64,000 nucleotides of DNA from the human T2T-CHM13v2.0 reference genome, Homo sapiens. A program made the position numbers and the translations under genes. How positions within the stretch are numbered: position 1 is the stretch's first letter; the number at the start of each line of letters is the position of its first letter. The stretch is from the NCBI RefSeq assembly GCF_009914755.1, contig NC_060926.1; one strand, written 5' to 3'. This document shows positions 44,521 through 60,150 of this stretch, piece after piece. The notes under the pieces were generated by a model that had not been told where the DNA came from, searched no databases, and saw only the letters and a program-made list of their open reading frames with translations.

Positions 44521-46164
44521 AAGTATACAATGTGTATAAATATAAGAGTGCCTGGAACAAGTAAATGCATTGAAGTCCTTGTCAAAAAGAAGTTGGGTTG
44601 TCAGAAATAAAGCTGCTTGTAGCAAGAGTTATCAGTAAGTTTATTGAATCCCTTGGCATTTGGGAACAATTCATTTCTGGGGTACTGTTAGATGGAGAAA
44701 CAGCATCAAATATGGAGGGGCAATATAGTAATGTGGGGAGGACAAGGGATCCCTTCCACTACTTATTAGATTTGTACTTTTAGGCAAATCTCTTACAATC
44801 TCTAGGAGTTATCATGACATAATATTTTTCACTTTTAAATGTTTTAAATTCTTATATCAGAGTTTGTAATAATCCATGTCTTACAAACAGTGCTTTATAA
44901 AATTGTAAATGTTAAATATAGATACATAGTAATATATATAAATAGATATACATACTTACAGCAACTATTTGAAAGAACCAAAAGTATTTATTGCTGGACT
45001 TAAAAATAAAACCAAGCAGTCAGAAAATATTTAGTCAAATGCAATTTTTATACTATTGCCTTGCTTTAAATTTCATAGCAATTTTCTCTTTTTGTAAATA
45101 CAAGGTAAATGAAATATTTTAATCATGTTACTGTTTAATGTGTGTGATGCAGCAAATATGGAATATCCTTTGAGGTTTGGCCCATGTAACATGCATCTGA
45201 AATTCTCAAAGGCAATGATCCAGGGGCTGGATCATCAGATTATATCATAGTTCTCAATTATGTAAGTAAGGAAAGCTAATTTTAGCAATTACTGAAAGTG
45301 AATCTACTTCTGAGGTATTCTGTCATGTAAGGCAGTGGAAAACGATGAGTATATAAAAAACAGTATAGTCATAGATTTATTTACAATGAGAAAAACAACT
45401 ATCAAACCACCTAAACATTCAGATCCACTGATCTTTTATTCTTAGGGTAAAATGATGAGGCAAACTAAAATATAGTTAAAGGATTTCTTAGTATGGGCTC
45501 TTTCAGAACATATGGGGATATTTTGGTAATGTAAATGGTTAATTACATTAATGTTTTATACCAACATTGTCCTATTTCCATGATAGAATAGATGAGCTAC
45601 AGTCATCACCAGACTTTTGAGTCCACATACTAGGCATGGTTAACATGGTAAATGGCAAGGTTAGCATAGACAACCTTTATCTCTAACTCTAGTAATAATT
45701 ACCTATTTTCTGTTTTCTCTCTCTCTCTCTTTTTTCCTGTCATTATCAATAATTAGGTTAGAGTAACAGGTTTTTTCCCTCACATTGGGAACAATTTTTT
45801 TTTCTTAAGGATGCTTTAAATACATCTCATCTATTACATATAAACTTCATGGTTTAAATTATTCAGCCACCTTTATAATAAATATATTTTAAACATTGTT
45901 AGAATGTCACTGCTATTTAAAAATCTATTTGACAAGTATGCATCTCAGATTTTAGTAACAATGTTGTACAGCATTAAGGCCACTCTAACACTCTAGACAT
46001 ATGAAATGTTAAAAATATTTGGGTATGGACATGGTGACCACCTATTTGTAATCAATCTACCTGATTATGTCTCAGTAGCTTGAAGCTATTGCAATGAAGA
46101 ACCATTTCAACCTCTAATTTTCCCTCCAAGCAACTGGACATGAGTAGATATGCTGCCTTTTCTC

Positions 46165-46590
46165 TTACTTCCTTAGGTCAGTTTCCCTAAAAATAGAGCT
46201 GGAGTCTGCAATTCTTATGCAGATATTTATAGAGTGAGTACTCTCAGGATAAACCTGTAAGAAAGCAAGGGAAACAGAGAAAGGAAGGTGAAAAGTTTAG
46301 AAAAGATACCGATTCAGCTGGTGTCTAGACTCAGATTCCCCAGGGAGCTCTCATGAGTGAATAGCAACCACAGTGTCATTCCACCTCAAAATGAGGGCAG
46401 TGGGCTATTGTAACTCTATGTATAAATCAGTCATCAGCTGGGGCTGGAGTAGGAGTTGTAATATCTTGGACATCTTTTGGAGAGGCAGCTCCAGTTGGGC
46501 ATTGGCAATCATCTATATGAATTAGAAGCTTTTATTAGGCAACACACAAGTGGAGTGATGGAATCAGCAGCTCAATAAAGGAGATTCTGG
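46165..46590 (-). mobile_element. Ancient ERVL LTR fragment (LTR16/33-like)
   Basis: TCCTTAGGTCAGTTTCCCTAAAAATAGAGCTGGAG...TTTAT...CTCTCAGG...CAGTCATCAGCTGGGG. Confidence 0.45.
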
Positions 46591-46641
46591 TGGATCTCGC
46601 AAATTTTATTTTTTTTTTATTTTTATTTTTTTTTTTTTTTT

Positions 46642-47039
46642 AGTATTGATGATTTATTGATTTCTGAGAAGCTCACAGCTGTTCTTTGTGCCATGAAATC
46701 ATTGTACTGCATTTAGAAAGCTATTCTTTTGTTTTTTATGATTGGAAACCTTTTATATTCCATTTTGTGTAATACAGAACATTTTAAAATACATTTCACA
46801 ATTTCTAAATTTCAATATAATTATTAAAAAATGATTACTTCAGACTAGTCTCTTACAAATGTTACTAAACACAAATATTATACATAAAAGGCCATCTTCA
46901 TTAAATAGATTAGAATGAATTACTCCTTCAGCTACATTCCCACTGTAAGAGAATACATTCTTGGGGAATATATTCTGTGTATATGTATTATGTCTTATTT
47001 TATGTTTTTATCATTTATATATATTTTTCATTTTTAATC
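46642..47039 (-). other. 3'-transduced unique sequence carried by the SVA
   Basis: Lies inside the TSDs between two poly(T) tracts. Minus-strand AATAAA (46658-46653) sits 11 nt before the final A tail. Confidence 0.9.
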
Positions 47040-47589
47040 TTTTTTTTTTTTTTTTTTTAAGTTGAAAATTTTTTTTTTTTATTTATTTTTTTTTTTTATT
47101 GATCATTCTTGGGTGTTTCTCGCAGAGGGGGATTTGGCAGGGTCATAGGACAATAGTGGAGGGAAGGTCAGCAGATAAACAAGTGAACAAAGGTCTCTGG
47201 TTTTCCTAGGCAGAGGACCCTGCAGCCTTCCGCAGTGTTTGTGTCCCTGGGTACTTAAGATTAGGGAGTGGTGATGACTCTTAACGAGCATGCTGCCTTC
47301 AAGCATCTGTTTAACAAAGCACATCTTGCACCGCCCTTAATCCATTTAACCCTGAGTGGACACAGCACATGTTTCAGAGAGCACAGGGTTGGGGATAAGG
47401 TCACAGATCAACAGGATCCCAAGGCAGAAGAATTTTTCTTAGTACAGAACAAAATGAAAAGTCTCCCATGTCTACTTCTATCCACACAGACCCGGCAACC
47501 ATCCGATTTCTCAATTTTTTCCCCACCCTTCCCGCCTTTCTATTCCACAAAACCGCCATTGTCATCATGGCCCATCCCCAATGAGCCGC

Positions 47590-49200
47590 TGGGCACACCT
47601 CCCAGACGGGGTCCTGGCCGGGCAGAGGGGCTCCTCACTTCCCAGTAGGGGCGGCCGGGCAGAGGCGCCCCTCACCTCCCGGACAGGGCGGCTGGCCGGG
47701 CGGGGGGCTGACCCCCACCACCTCCCTCCCGGACGGGGCGGCTGGCCAGGCAGAGGGGCTCCTCACTTCCCAGTAGGGGCGGCCGGGCAGAGGCGCCCCT
47801 CACCTCCTGGATAGGGCGGCTGGCCGGGCGGGGGGCTGACCCCCCCACCTCCCTCCCGGACGGGGCGGCTGGCCGGGCAGAGGGGTCCTCACTTCCCAGT
47901 AGGGGCGGCCGGGCAGAGGCGCCCCTCACCTCCCGGACGGGGCGGCTGGCCAGGCGGGGGGCTGATCCCCCCACCTCCCTCCCGGACGGGGCGGCTGGCC
48001 GGGCGGGGGGCTGACCCCCCCCAACCTCCCTCCCGGACGGGGCGGCTGGCCGGGCGGGGGGCTGACCCCCCCACCTCCCTCCCGGACGGGGCGGCTGGCC
48101 GGGCGGGGGGCTGACCCCCCACCTCCCTCCTGGACGGGGCGGCTGGCCGGGCGGGGGGCTGATCCCCCCACCTCCCTCCCGGACTGGGCGGCTGGCCGGG
48201 CAGAGGGGCTCCTCACTTCCCAGTAGGGGCGGCCGGGCAGAGGCGCCCCTCACCTCCCGGACGGGGCGGCCGGCCGGGCGGGGGGCTGACCCCCCCTCCC
48301 CCCTCCCGGACGGGGCGGCTGGCCAGGCAGAGGGGCTCCTCACTTCCCAGTAGGGGCGGCCGGGCAGAGGCGCCCCTCACCTCCTGGATAGGGCGGCTGG
48401 CCGGGCGGGGGGCTGACCCCCACCACCTCCCTCCCGGACGGGGCGGCTGGCCGGGCAGGGGGCTGACCCCCCCTCCCCCCTCCCGGACGGGACGGCTGGC
48501 CGGGCAGAGGGGCTCCTCACTTCCCAGTAGGGGCGGCCGGGCAGAGGCGCCCCTCACCTCCCGGACTGGGCGGCAGGCCGGGCGGGGGGCTGACCCCCCC
48601 ACCTCCCTCCCGGACGGGGCGGCTGGCCGGGCAGATGGGCTCCTCACTTCCCAGTAGGGGCGGCCGGGCAGAGGAGCCCCTCACCTCCCGGACGGGGCGG
48701 CTGGCCGGGCGGGGGGCTGACCCCCCCCCCACCTCCCTCCCGGACGGGGTGGCTGCCGGGCGGAGACGCTCCTCACTTCCCAGACGGGGTGGCTGCCGGA
48801 CGGAGGGGCTCCTCACTTCTCAGACGGGGCGGTTGCCAGGCAGAGGGTTTCCTCACTTCTCAGACGGGGCGGCCGGGCAGAGACGCTCCTCACCTCCCAG
48901 ACAGGGTTGCGGCCCAGGAGAGGCGCTCCTCACATCCCAGACAGGGCGGCGGGGCAGAGGTGCTCCCCACATCTCAGACGATGGGCGGCCGGGCAGAGAT
49001 GCTCCTCACTTCCTAGATGGGATGGCGGCGGGGAAGAGGCGCTCCTCGCTTCCTAGATGGGATGGCGGCCGGGCAGAGACGCTCCTCACTTTCCAGACTG
49101 GGCAGCCAGGCAGAGAGGCTCCTCGTATCCCAGACGATGGGGGGCCAGGCAGAGACGCTCCTCACTTCCCAGACGGGGTGGCGGCGGGGCAGAGGCTGCA
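47590..49200. repeat. SVA VNTR (CpG-rich, G4-prone)
   Basis: Tandem ~37-50-bp units such as CTCACCTCCCGGACGGGGCGGCTGGCCGGGCGGGGGGCTGACCCCCC. Confidence 0.95.
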
Positions 49201-49579
49201 ATCTCGGCACTTTGGGGGGCCAAGGCAGGCGGCTGGGAGGTGGAGGTTGTAGCGAGCCGAGATCACACCACTGCACTCCAGCCTGGGCAACATTGAGCAC
49301 TGAGTGAACGAGACTCCGTCTGCAATCCCGGCACCTCGGGAGGCCGAGGCTGGCGGATCACTCGCGGTCAGGAGCTGGAGACCAGCCCGGCCAACACAGC
49401 AAAACCCCGTCTCCACCAAAAAAAAAAAACGAAAACCAGTCAGGCGTGGCGGCGTGCGCAGGCACTCGGCAGGCTGAGGCAGGAGAATCAGGCAGGGAGG
49501 TTGCAGTGAGCCGAGATGGCAGCAGTACCGTCCAGCTTTGGCTCGGCATCAGAGGGAGACCGTGGAAGGAGACCGTGGA

Positions 49580-49915
49580 GGGAGAGGGAGAGGGAGAGGG
49601 AGAGGGAGAGGGAGAGGGAGAGGGAGAGGGAGAGGGAGAGGGAGAGGGAGAGGGAGAGGGAGAGGGAGAGGGAGAGGGAGAGGGAGAGGGAGAGGGAGAG
49701 GGAGAGGGAGAGGGAGAGGGAGAGGGAGAGGGAGAGGGAGAGGGAGAGGGAGAGGGAGAGGGAGAGGGAGAGGGAGAGGGAGAGGGAGAGGGAGAGGGAG
49801 AGGGAGAGGGAGAGGGAGAGGGAGAGGGAGAGGGAGAGGGAGAGGGAGAGGGAGAGGGAGAGGGAGAGGGAGAGGGAGAGGGAGAGGGAGAGGGAGAGGG
49901 AGAGGGAGAGGGAGA
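49580..49915. repeat. (GGGAGA)56 / (CCCTCT)n SVA hexamer, uninterrupted
   Basis: 336 bp of perfect hexamer repeat. Confidence 0.95.
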
Positions 49916-49939
49916 GGATCTCGCAAATTTTAAAGTTCC

Positions 49940-50620
49940 GTTTTTATTTTCTTTTAGTTCAAAATCTTTTTAAAATTTATCTTGAGATTTCATCTTTGAG
50001 CTATGTGGTTTTAGAAATGTGTTGTTTAATCTCCAGATATTTTGGGATTTCTCAGCTATTTCTCTGTTATTGATTTCTAGCTTAAGTCCATTATGGTCTA
50101 AGAGCAGACATTGTATGATTCTATTCTTTTAAATTTGTTAAAATGTGTTTTATGTCCCAGAATTTTGTCTGCCTTGGTGAATGTTCCACATGACCTTGAG
50201 AAGAATGTGTATCCTTTTGTTATTCATAAACTAGTCTATAGATGTCCATTATATGCAATTGATCGGTGGCTCTAAGTTCAACTCTGTGGTTACTGATTTT
50301 CTGCCTGCTGGATCTGTCCATTTATAACAGAGGGGTGTTAAAGTATTCCACTGTAAGAGTGAATTAATCTATTTCTCCATGCAGTTCTATCAGTTTTCGC
50401 CTCATGTTTTGACACTGTGTTTTTAGGTGTATTCATATTAAGGATTTTTATGTCTTGTTGGATAATTGACCCCCTTATTATAATACAATGTCCTCTTTAT
50501 CCCTGATAAATATCCTTGCTGTGAAGTCTGCTTGGTCTGAAACTAATATTACTACTCATGCTTTATTTCTATTAGTATTAGCATAGTATGTATTTCTCCA
50601 TTTACTTTTAATCTTATGTA
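49940..50620 (-). mobile_element. Old L1M (MC-like) ORF2 endonuclease region; continues at ~53470-53770
   Basis: TTGATTTCTAG...TTTGTTAAAATGTG...GTGAATGTTCCACATG..CTTGAGAAGAATGTGTAT...GATAATTGACCCC. Confidence 0.75.
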
Positions 50621-50624
50621 TGTG

Positions 50625-53465
<2,841 letters not shown>

Positions 53466-56400
53466 GATTTTTATATTTATAGTGGGTTTCCTCGAGATTA
53501 CATGTATTTGGTTATTTTTTGATCAAATCTCCTCTATCTCTTCCTTTGAACATTGAGACTTGTGACAATCTCTTTCTCTTCCTTGGAACTTTTAGACTAT
53601 TGGCATTCAAAGTGATTCCACATACAGTTGAATTGATATCGGCCATATTTGTTACTATTTTTTATTTGTTGCCCTTTTTCTTTGTTCCTATTTTTGTCTT
53701 CCACTATTTTTTTTTTCCTTTTGTGGTTTTAACTGATTATTTTATGTGATTCTATTTTCTCTCCTTTCTTAGCATATAGTGTATACTTTAGCTGCACCGG
53801 AAGTAACTACTTTTACATCCTTTATCTATTTATTGTAGTATAAATGTTTTATATTTGTATCCGTGTTTTAAAATAATATGCTATACTATTATCCATGATA
53901 AAAAATTTAGACATTATCCATTTATACTCTTGTATGTGAAGTTAGTATTTCAGTTTCCTTAGGCAACCTCTTCTCTCATTCTTGTAAGTTTCCATCACAA
54001 CTATAGTTAATTCTTATAGATTGATTTTCTAAAAAAAAAATACACACACACATATACACACATATGCACAAGCGTTCACTGTTGAGCAAAATAATTTACT
54101 ATGTTTTTTTTTTCTTAAACAACCTATCATTTTTCCTGGAGGTAATACTCATTTTTATTTTTCCTGTGTTTTATTATCTTTTAAATATAGTATTTCCACA
54201 ACAGCTCTGTAAAATGCGTCACATTTACCTAAGGATAAAAAATAATTTTGTATTTTCTTTCACTTGATACTTTGTTCCTGGAGGCCTTTATTCTTCTGTT
54301 AAAACCAGTATTTTTCAATCTCTAAATTTGCAGGACAATTATGAGATGGGATTGTAGAAAAGTACAAGAGAGCAATCTGTGAACTTTTTTTAGGTTTTCT
54401 GTGTAATGCCTCAAGTTCTGTAATTTTCAACAATTTTCCTTTTTTTGTAGTTATAAATGGTATAATACATTGCTCTTTAACATTTTCTTTATTCTCACTC
54501 TAGTTCCTTTAATTAGATATTTAAATTTTCTACATTTATTTTATCTAATATTCTCTATCTCTTGGTCCTTTATTCTATTGTTAGAAAAGACTTTTGTTTT
54601 TAGTTTAAAAAGTCAACTATATTTTAAATTTTTAAGTGTTAATTTCTGCTTTCTTCCTATAGCTTTCAAAGATTGTTTGATGAATCTTCTTCATTTTCTT
54701 ATAATCAGCATAACATGAGTAATATATGTGAAGTCTTTTCCTAGTTCCTGGTTTGTGTCTGATCCTAATCTGTTTGTTATGTTCTCTCTATTGTATGTTG
54801 GAGACAGTCCTAAATCTCTGATGATCCTTGGATACCCAATTCATATTTAATATGAGGTTCACAAAAGCTGGTTGGAAATTGTTAGTTTCCATAACTGTTG
54901 AGTTTTATGATAGACAACTGATTTTTTTATGAGAAATCCTCAAATGCTATGACTGTAAATTTATTTTTCCTGTGAAGTAGTTGAGTTTCTCTAGAGAAGG
55001 GCCTCTCACTTCTCTGCCAGGCATGTCTGATCTAGTTGCCGACGCAATTAAGCTAGGTGGAAAAACACAGGGGGCTTCAGACTGAGAGAGAGCAGGCACA
55101 GACAAGGACTGGGAGTGGGAGAAAACAATAAAATCAGAGTAATTAAGGATAAGTCATGATAGTGAGTTTATAACTCTTTTCTCCTTTCTACACAACTAGC
55201 TAAGGAATTTTCCTGGTATGGGTGGGAATACCAGTTCCTGTTGTTCTGGTCTCCTGGTATTAGACCAGATTTATGTCCTGGTCTATTGTCCTAGTAATCC
55301 CGATGTCTATTTTCCTGGTATGGGTGACAACTAGTATTTGTATGTTCAGATAATCTCTAGTGTTTTCAGTTTTTAGCTCGCACTTATTTAGTATTTTTCT
55401 TGTATTTAACACTTCAATTTAAATTTTTTTCTCTCCACTAAACTATTTGCCATTTTCATTTCAGGTTTCTTTCTTTATATGTTGTAATTGGTGTCACAGC
55501 TGTCTTTATATTTTATGGATTGAGAAATTTAAGTTTCTATTCCTTATTGCTGTTTTAAGATGATTTCAAGAGAAAAGGCAGAATCTACTATCCTGAAACT
55601 ATAAATCTCTCTTATCTCATCGTACAGTTTAAATGATTTCTTTCTTGTTTTATTTTTAAGGACAAATGGACATGTTTGCTGTTTCTCAGTGGTGTAGCTA
55701 TTGTACAGTGGCTGGAAATACCCTTCTAGTAAATTATAAAACTTTTCATAGCATATGTATCTCTCTGAAGTAATGTCTAAATTGTATTGATTGCATCTTT
55801 ATCTGTGAGAGGTTAAAATTAAGGCTAAATTGTGGTAGTCATTTTAAATGTCAGTTTCTAGCGAGAAAATCGACATCATCCTCATATAAAATAAACGATA
55901 TAAAATTTCTATATACTATTTTTTAAGATGTTCCTCCTTTAGAGAGTTAATAAAAGTGCACATTTAGGGGGTTAATAAGAATCCTTATTTTGATGTCTTT
56001 GAATGAGCATTCAATAGCCATAGGCCAAATTTGTAATTGATTTGATAGTGAATGTTACACAAAGTCTTAATTACCTTACTTTTAAAAACCATTATCACCC
56101 TTTCCTAACCTAAAAAAAAAATTCTAACAATTTAGACTACTTTCTAACACGGTTTTGATATATACTGCATGTCATCAGTTTCTGATGAGATCTTTTTGGG
56201 ATATATTTGAACAATAATTGTGTTCTATTAATAACATGTTTTATTGTATCATGTACAAACAAACAGGTGTTGGCCAAACTACATATAGAAGAAAGAATAC
56301 TTTACCAATATAAATTATTTTATAATAATTTTATGACATAATACATCAATATTAATTTTCTACTAAAGATTAATATTGTCTATTTTGTTATTTTATAATT

Positions 56401-56650
56401 AACATATTGTTTAACTGCATAAATATTGTCAAGTTTTTGAAATATGTAAACATACATTTATTGTGTTCAGAGTTTACTTATTAAGTATGGCACATATTAA
56501 AAATTCCTCATATGATATCATTTTCCATGAGATATATTTTTATTTCGACTATTTCAATAAAGATTCCCATGGAAACAATGTTGGTCCTTCATATCAAGGA
56601 TAAATCCAATTATCCCAAAGCATTTGTCACTCTACATTACTTTAAACACA

Positions 56651-56653
<3 letters not shown>

Positions 56654-56698
<45 letters not shown>
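56654..56698. repeat. (TG)n microsatellite, ~22 units
   Basis: Perfect TG run. Confidence 0.95.
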
Positions 56699-56705
<7 letters not shown>

Positions 56706-56817
56706 GGTAAGTGCTCTAGATTCAATGGTGAATACTTTGAACATCAAATGAAATGAACACTGAATAAACATGCAATATTTTGACCTTGTTTCAGACAGAA
56801 TGCTATAATAAGAAAAT

Positions 56818-57149
56818 GTGTTGTTAGTGGCTCACACCTGTAATCCCAGTGCTTTGGGAGGCGGATGAGGGACAATTGCTTGAGCCCAGGAGTTTGAGAC
56901 CATTCTGGGCAATGCAGAGAGACCTCATCTCTACAAAAGATTAAAAAAAAAAATTAGCTGGGCCTGGTGGCACACGCCTGTGGTTCTAGCTACTTTCGAG
57001 GTTGAGGTGAGAGCATCACTTGAACCTAGGAGGTGGGGCTGCAGTTAGCCATGGTCACACCACGGCACTCCAGGCTGGGTGACAAAGCAAGGTGCTGTCT
57101 CAAAAAAAAAAAAAAAAAGAAAAAGAAAAAAAGAAAATAAAAGAAAAAA
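56818..57149 (+). mobile_element. AluJ
   Basis: GTGGCTCACACCTGTAATCCCAG...TTGCTTGAGCCCAGGAGTTTGAGACC, followed by an A-rich tail. Confidence 0.88.
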
Positions 57150-59267
57150 TAGATTCTAATATCAACTTTGTGCACATAAGCAAAAAATGATGTAGGTTTC
57201 TGAGAGAAATATCTAGGTTAAAATATATACTTGTTTTAGCCCATATGCAATTTAATGGCTCACACAAAGTATAAACTTAGTATATATTTGTTAAATGATT
57301 GAATAAATTAATAAAATATAGAAAAAATTAAGTGATATAAGGAAAATATGTGGTTTTAAATTTATCTGAAATATTACCATTTCCACTTTTAAAGTATATC
57401 TTTCTTCAAAACATTTAACATATATCCTGATTGATCATTATCCTAGAGTTGGAAAAATATCTGGATTAAAATAGTGGATTTCAAAATATAAATCATTTTC
57501 TATATATGATTTAGAAAGCGAACCCTCAATTGATTTTACATTTAGTTGAATAAATAGACTAACTTTTCATACAGTAGACAGAGTGCCTTATAGATTTCAT
57601 ATGTTTTATTGAATCATAATTTAGGGTATAATAAAATACACAAGTATTAACTATACAGCCTCTGAAATGCTTGCAAAGTGTACATCAAGTCTTTCAATGG
57701 ATGTGTACATTCACTATTATATATAAATGGAAAGAGCATTATGTTGTCATAGGTATGAATTTGTTCAGCTTCACTAGATTCTTGCAATAATTTTTCAAGG
57801 TAGACATAAAAATTTGCCTCCCAACCAGCAGTATGGAAGAGTTCCACTTTCTCGTCCAAATATACTATAATATTTAATTTGTATCTTATAAAAATTATTT
57901 TATTTTAGGGAGCCAAACAAGACCCATAGATTGTTATTGCTTAGTGTTTTGTTTTATTATTTACTGCTTCTTTAAATCCTGTTTTAAAATATAGGATTCC
58001 TTTGAACTCTTTTCTCTGTTATTCCTCATACAGTGCTTTTGTGGTTATTTCTGTGTTGAAAACAAAGCAAAACAAAACAAAATAAAAAAAAGAAACTGCA
58101 TCATTTGTTCTGTAAAGTTTTTGGTAATCTAGTTTTGCTAATTGCATCTCATTATATCATTTAACATATATACCTGTTTCTCCTGTTTAATTGTTACTTA
58201 CAGCTTTTTGATATGAGTAAATACATGTGTGCATGTGTGTGATGTTTCGATATTTCATAGGCAGATGGTAAAATATCAAATATATATTTCTCTAACTTGA
58301 ATTTTTTGCTTAACAGTACAGCTTGATCAGTATTCCAGTGTAGGGTATAGAAGTGTTATTTCCTTTTAACACTATGTATGTTTCCATTTTGTGGACATAA
58401 TATCAGTTATCATTAAGTCCTCTATATTTTCCAGTCTTTTACTATATAGACTGTGTTGTAATGTAGAATGTAATATGCCTTGCACATGTCTTTCTACATT
58501 TTACTGATTGTCTTTTGTATGGGCTCTTAGAATACATTTTCAGGTAATTTTTTTAGGCATTGCCAAACATAGGTTTATAAATTAACTTTGTAAAAATTCA
58601 AATCTTTATTGTGTTAAATTTTCTTATCGAAGAAGATGATATGCCTTTCCATTCCTAATGTTTAATCTTTTTATTATAAATTTCTAATCTAATGTAGTTG
58701 TTTTCAAAGAACATTTTCTGTGTCATATCAAATCTTTGACAGGTTCAAATTTTCTTTAAAGCCTCATATAGGGTCAGTTTTTGAAAGAATGGTATTTTTT
58801 TTTGCCTGTTGTAAATAGGCATCTATATAAAGGCATTAATTCTAACTTGTAACATGTTGTTCAAATACTTTATTTTTTGGTCAGGTTGTTCTATTGATAA
58901 TTGAGAGATCTCAATTAATATCACTTGCATAATGTTGGATTTATTAGTTTTCAGTTTTCCAGTTTTTCCCTGGAAGTCTATTAACTTTTGCCAAAATTAT
59001 TTTGAAAATATTATATTAGGTAAACAAATTTTGGATTGTAATCGTTCTGGTTATTTGAGTCTAGTATCACCATGTAAATATCTCTAACACTTTTATTTAT
59101 TTGTCAACATCTTTTATTTTCTTATTTTATCTCATACAACCCTGAATTCTTGTTGTTAGTATATGTGTATTATATCTATCTATTCCAAAGTTCTAGCTTT
59201 TGATCATTTCAATTATTATGTTTTGGATATGTTTTCTCTAAAGAGCATTTTGTTGAAATATTTTTAA

Positions 59268-59570
<303 letters not shown>

Positions 59571-59834
59571 TAAAATTTATGTTTTAACATGAATGGTAAT
59601 ATACAACAAATTTATTCTTGAATTTTGCTTTCTACAATAAATCTGCATATCTTAGCTGATGAAATTTTTAGCCTTTTGTTGATTTTCCAAAATTTTATTA
59701 TATGAAAGAGTGATCACAATTTTTTTCATTTATTTTGTATTGATGTGCACATATTTGTGTAAATGTACCTACACACTAGTGTATATGTCTGAGTGTTGTA
59801 TGTGGTGGTGCTGGTAAAACAAAGGCAGAATAGG

Positions 59835-60080
59835 TCCTGGTTAAGCACCTGGAATTGCTTGCATTGGATCTCAGCTCTATAATTTGAACAGCTCCTTTAT
59901 TTAACTAGACTTTGAACAAATGATACAATCTTTTTGTACTTAGATTTTTCTCTTGTATAAATTGTGAGAGCAGTAATGTATGTCTCACAGATTTATTGTA
60001 TTCCATGAGTTCATACATATAAAAATATATGTTCTTTATGTTTATGGAACAAAGTAGATATACTGTAAGTATTTGGTATT
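59835..60080 (+). mobile_element. MIR
   Basis: TGGTTAAGCAC...GATCTCAGCTCT...TTTGAACAAATG...TTGTATAAAT...TCTCACAGA. Confidence 0.55.
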
Positions 60081-60150
60081 CTTCTTAGTGTCATTTTTAA
60101 AATCACTGATGTTCTCCACAGGCACTACTGTAATTTAAAAACAGAAATGA

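Larger units (their letters stand above)
46609..49915 (-). mobile_element. Full-length SVA (SVA_F-like) with 3' transduction
   Basis: Read on minus: hexamer 49915-49580, Alu-like region ~49575-49200, GC-rich VNTR ~49200-47590, SINE-R ~47590-47098, A tail, then transduced DNA. 17-bp TSD GGATCTCGCAAATTTTA at 46592-46608 and 49916-49932, at an L1-EN TTTT/AA site. Confidence 0.97.

Noticed and set aside
47103-49549. Many overlapping Pro/Arg/Gly-rich ORFs up to 223 aa
   Set aside because: These are stop-poor frames produced by the GC-rich SVA VNTR, SINE-R and Alu-like sequence, not genes.
47590-49560. CpG island / gene promoter
   Set aside because: The CpG density is entirely SVA-derived; no host exon is associated.
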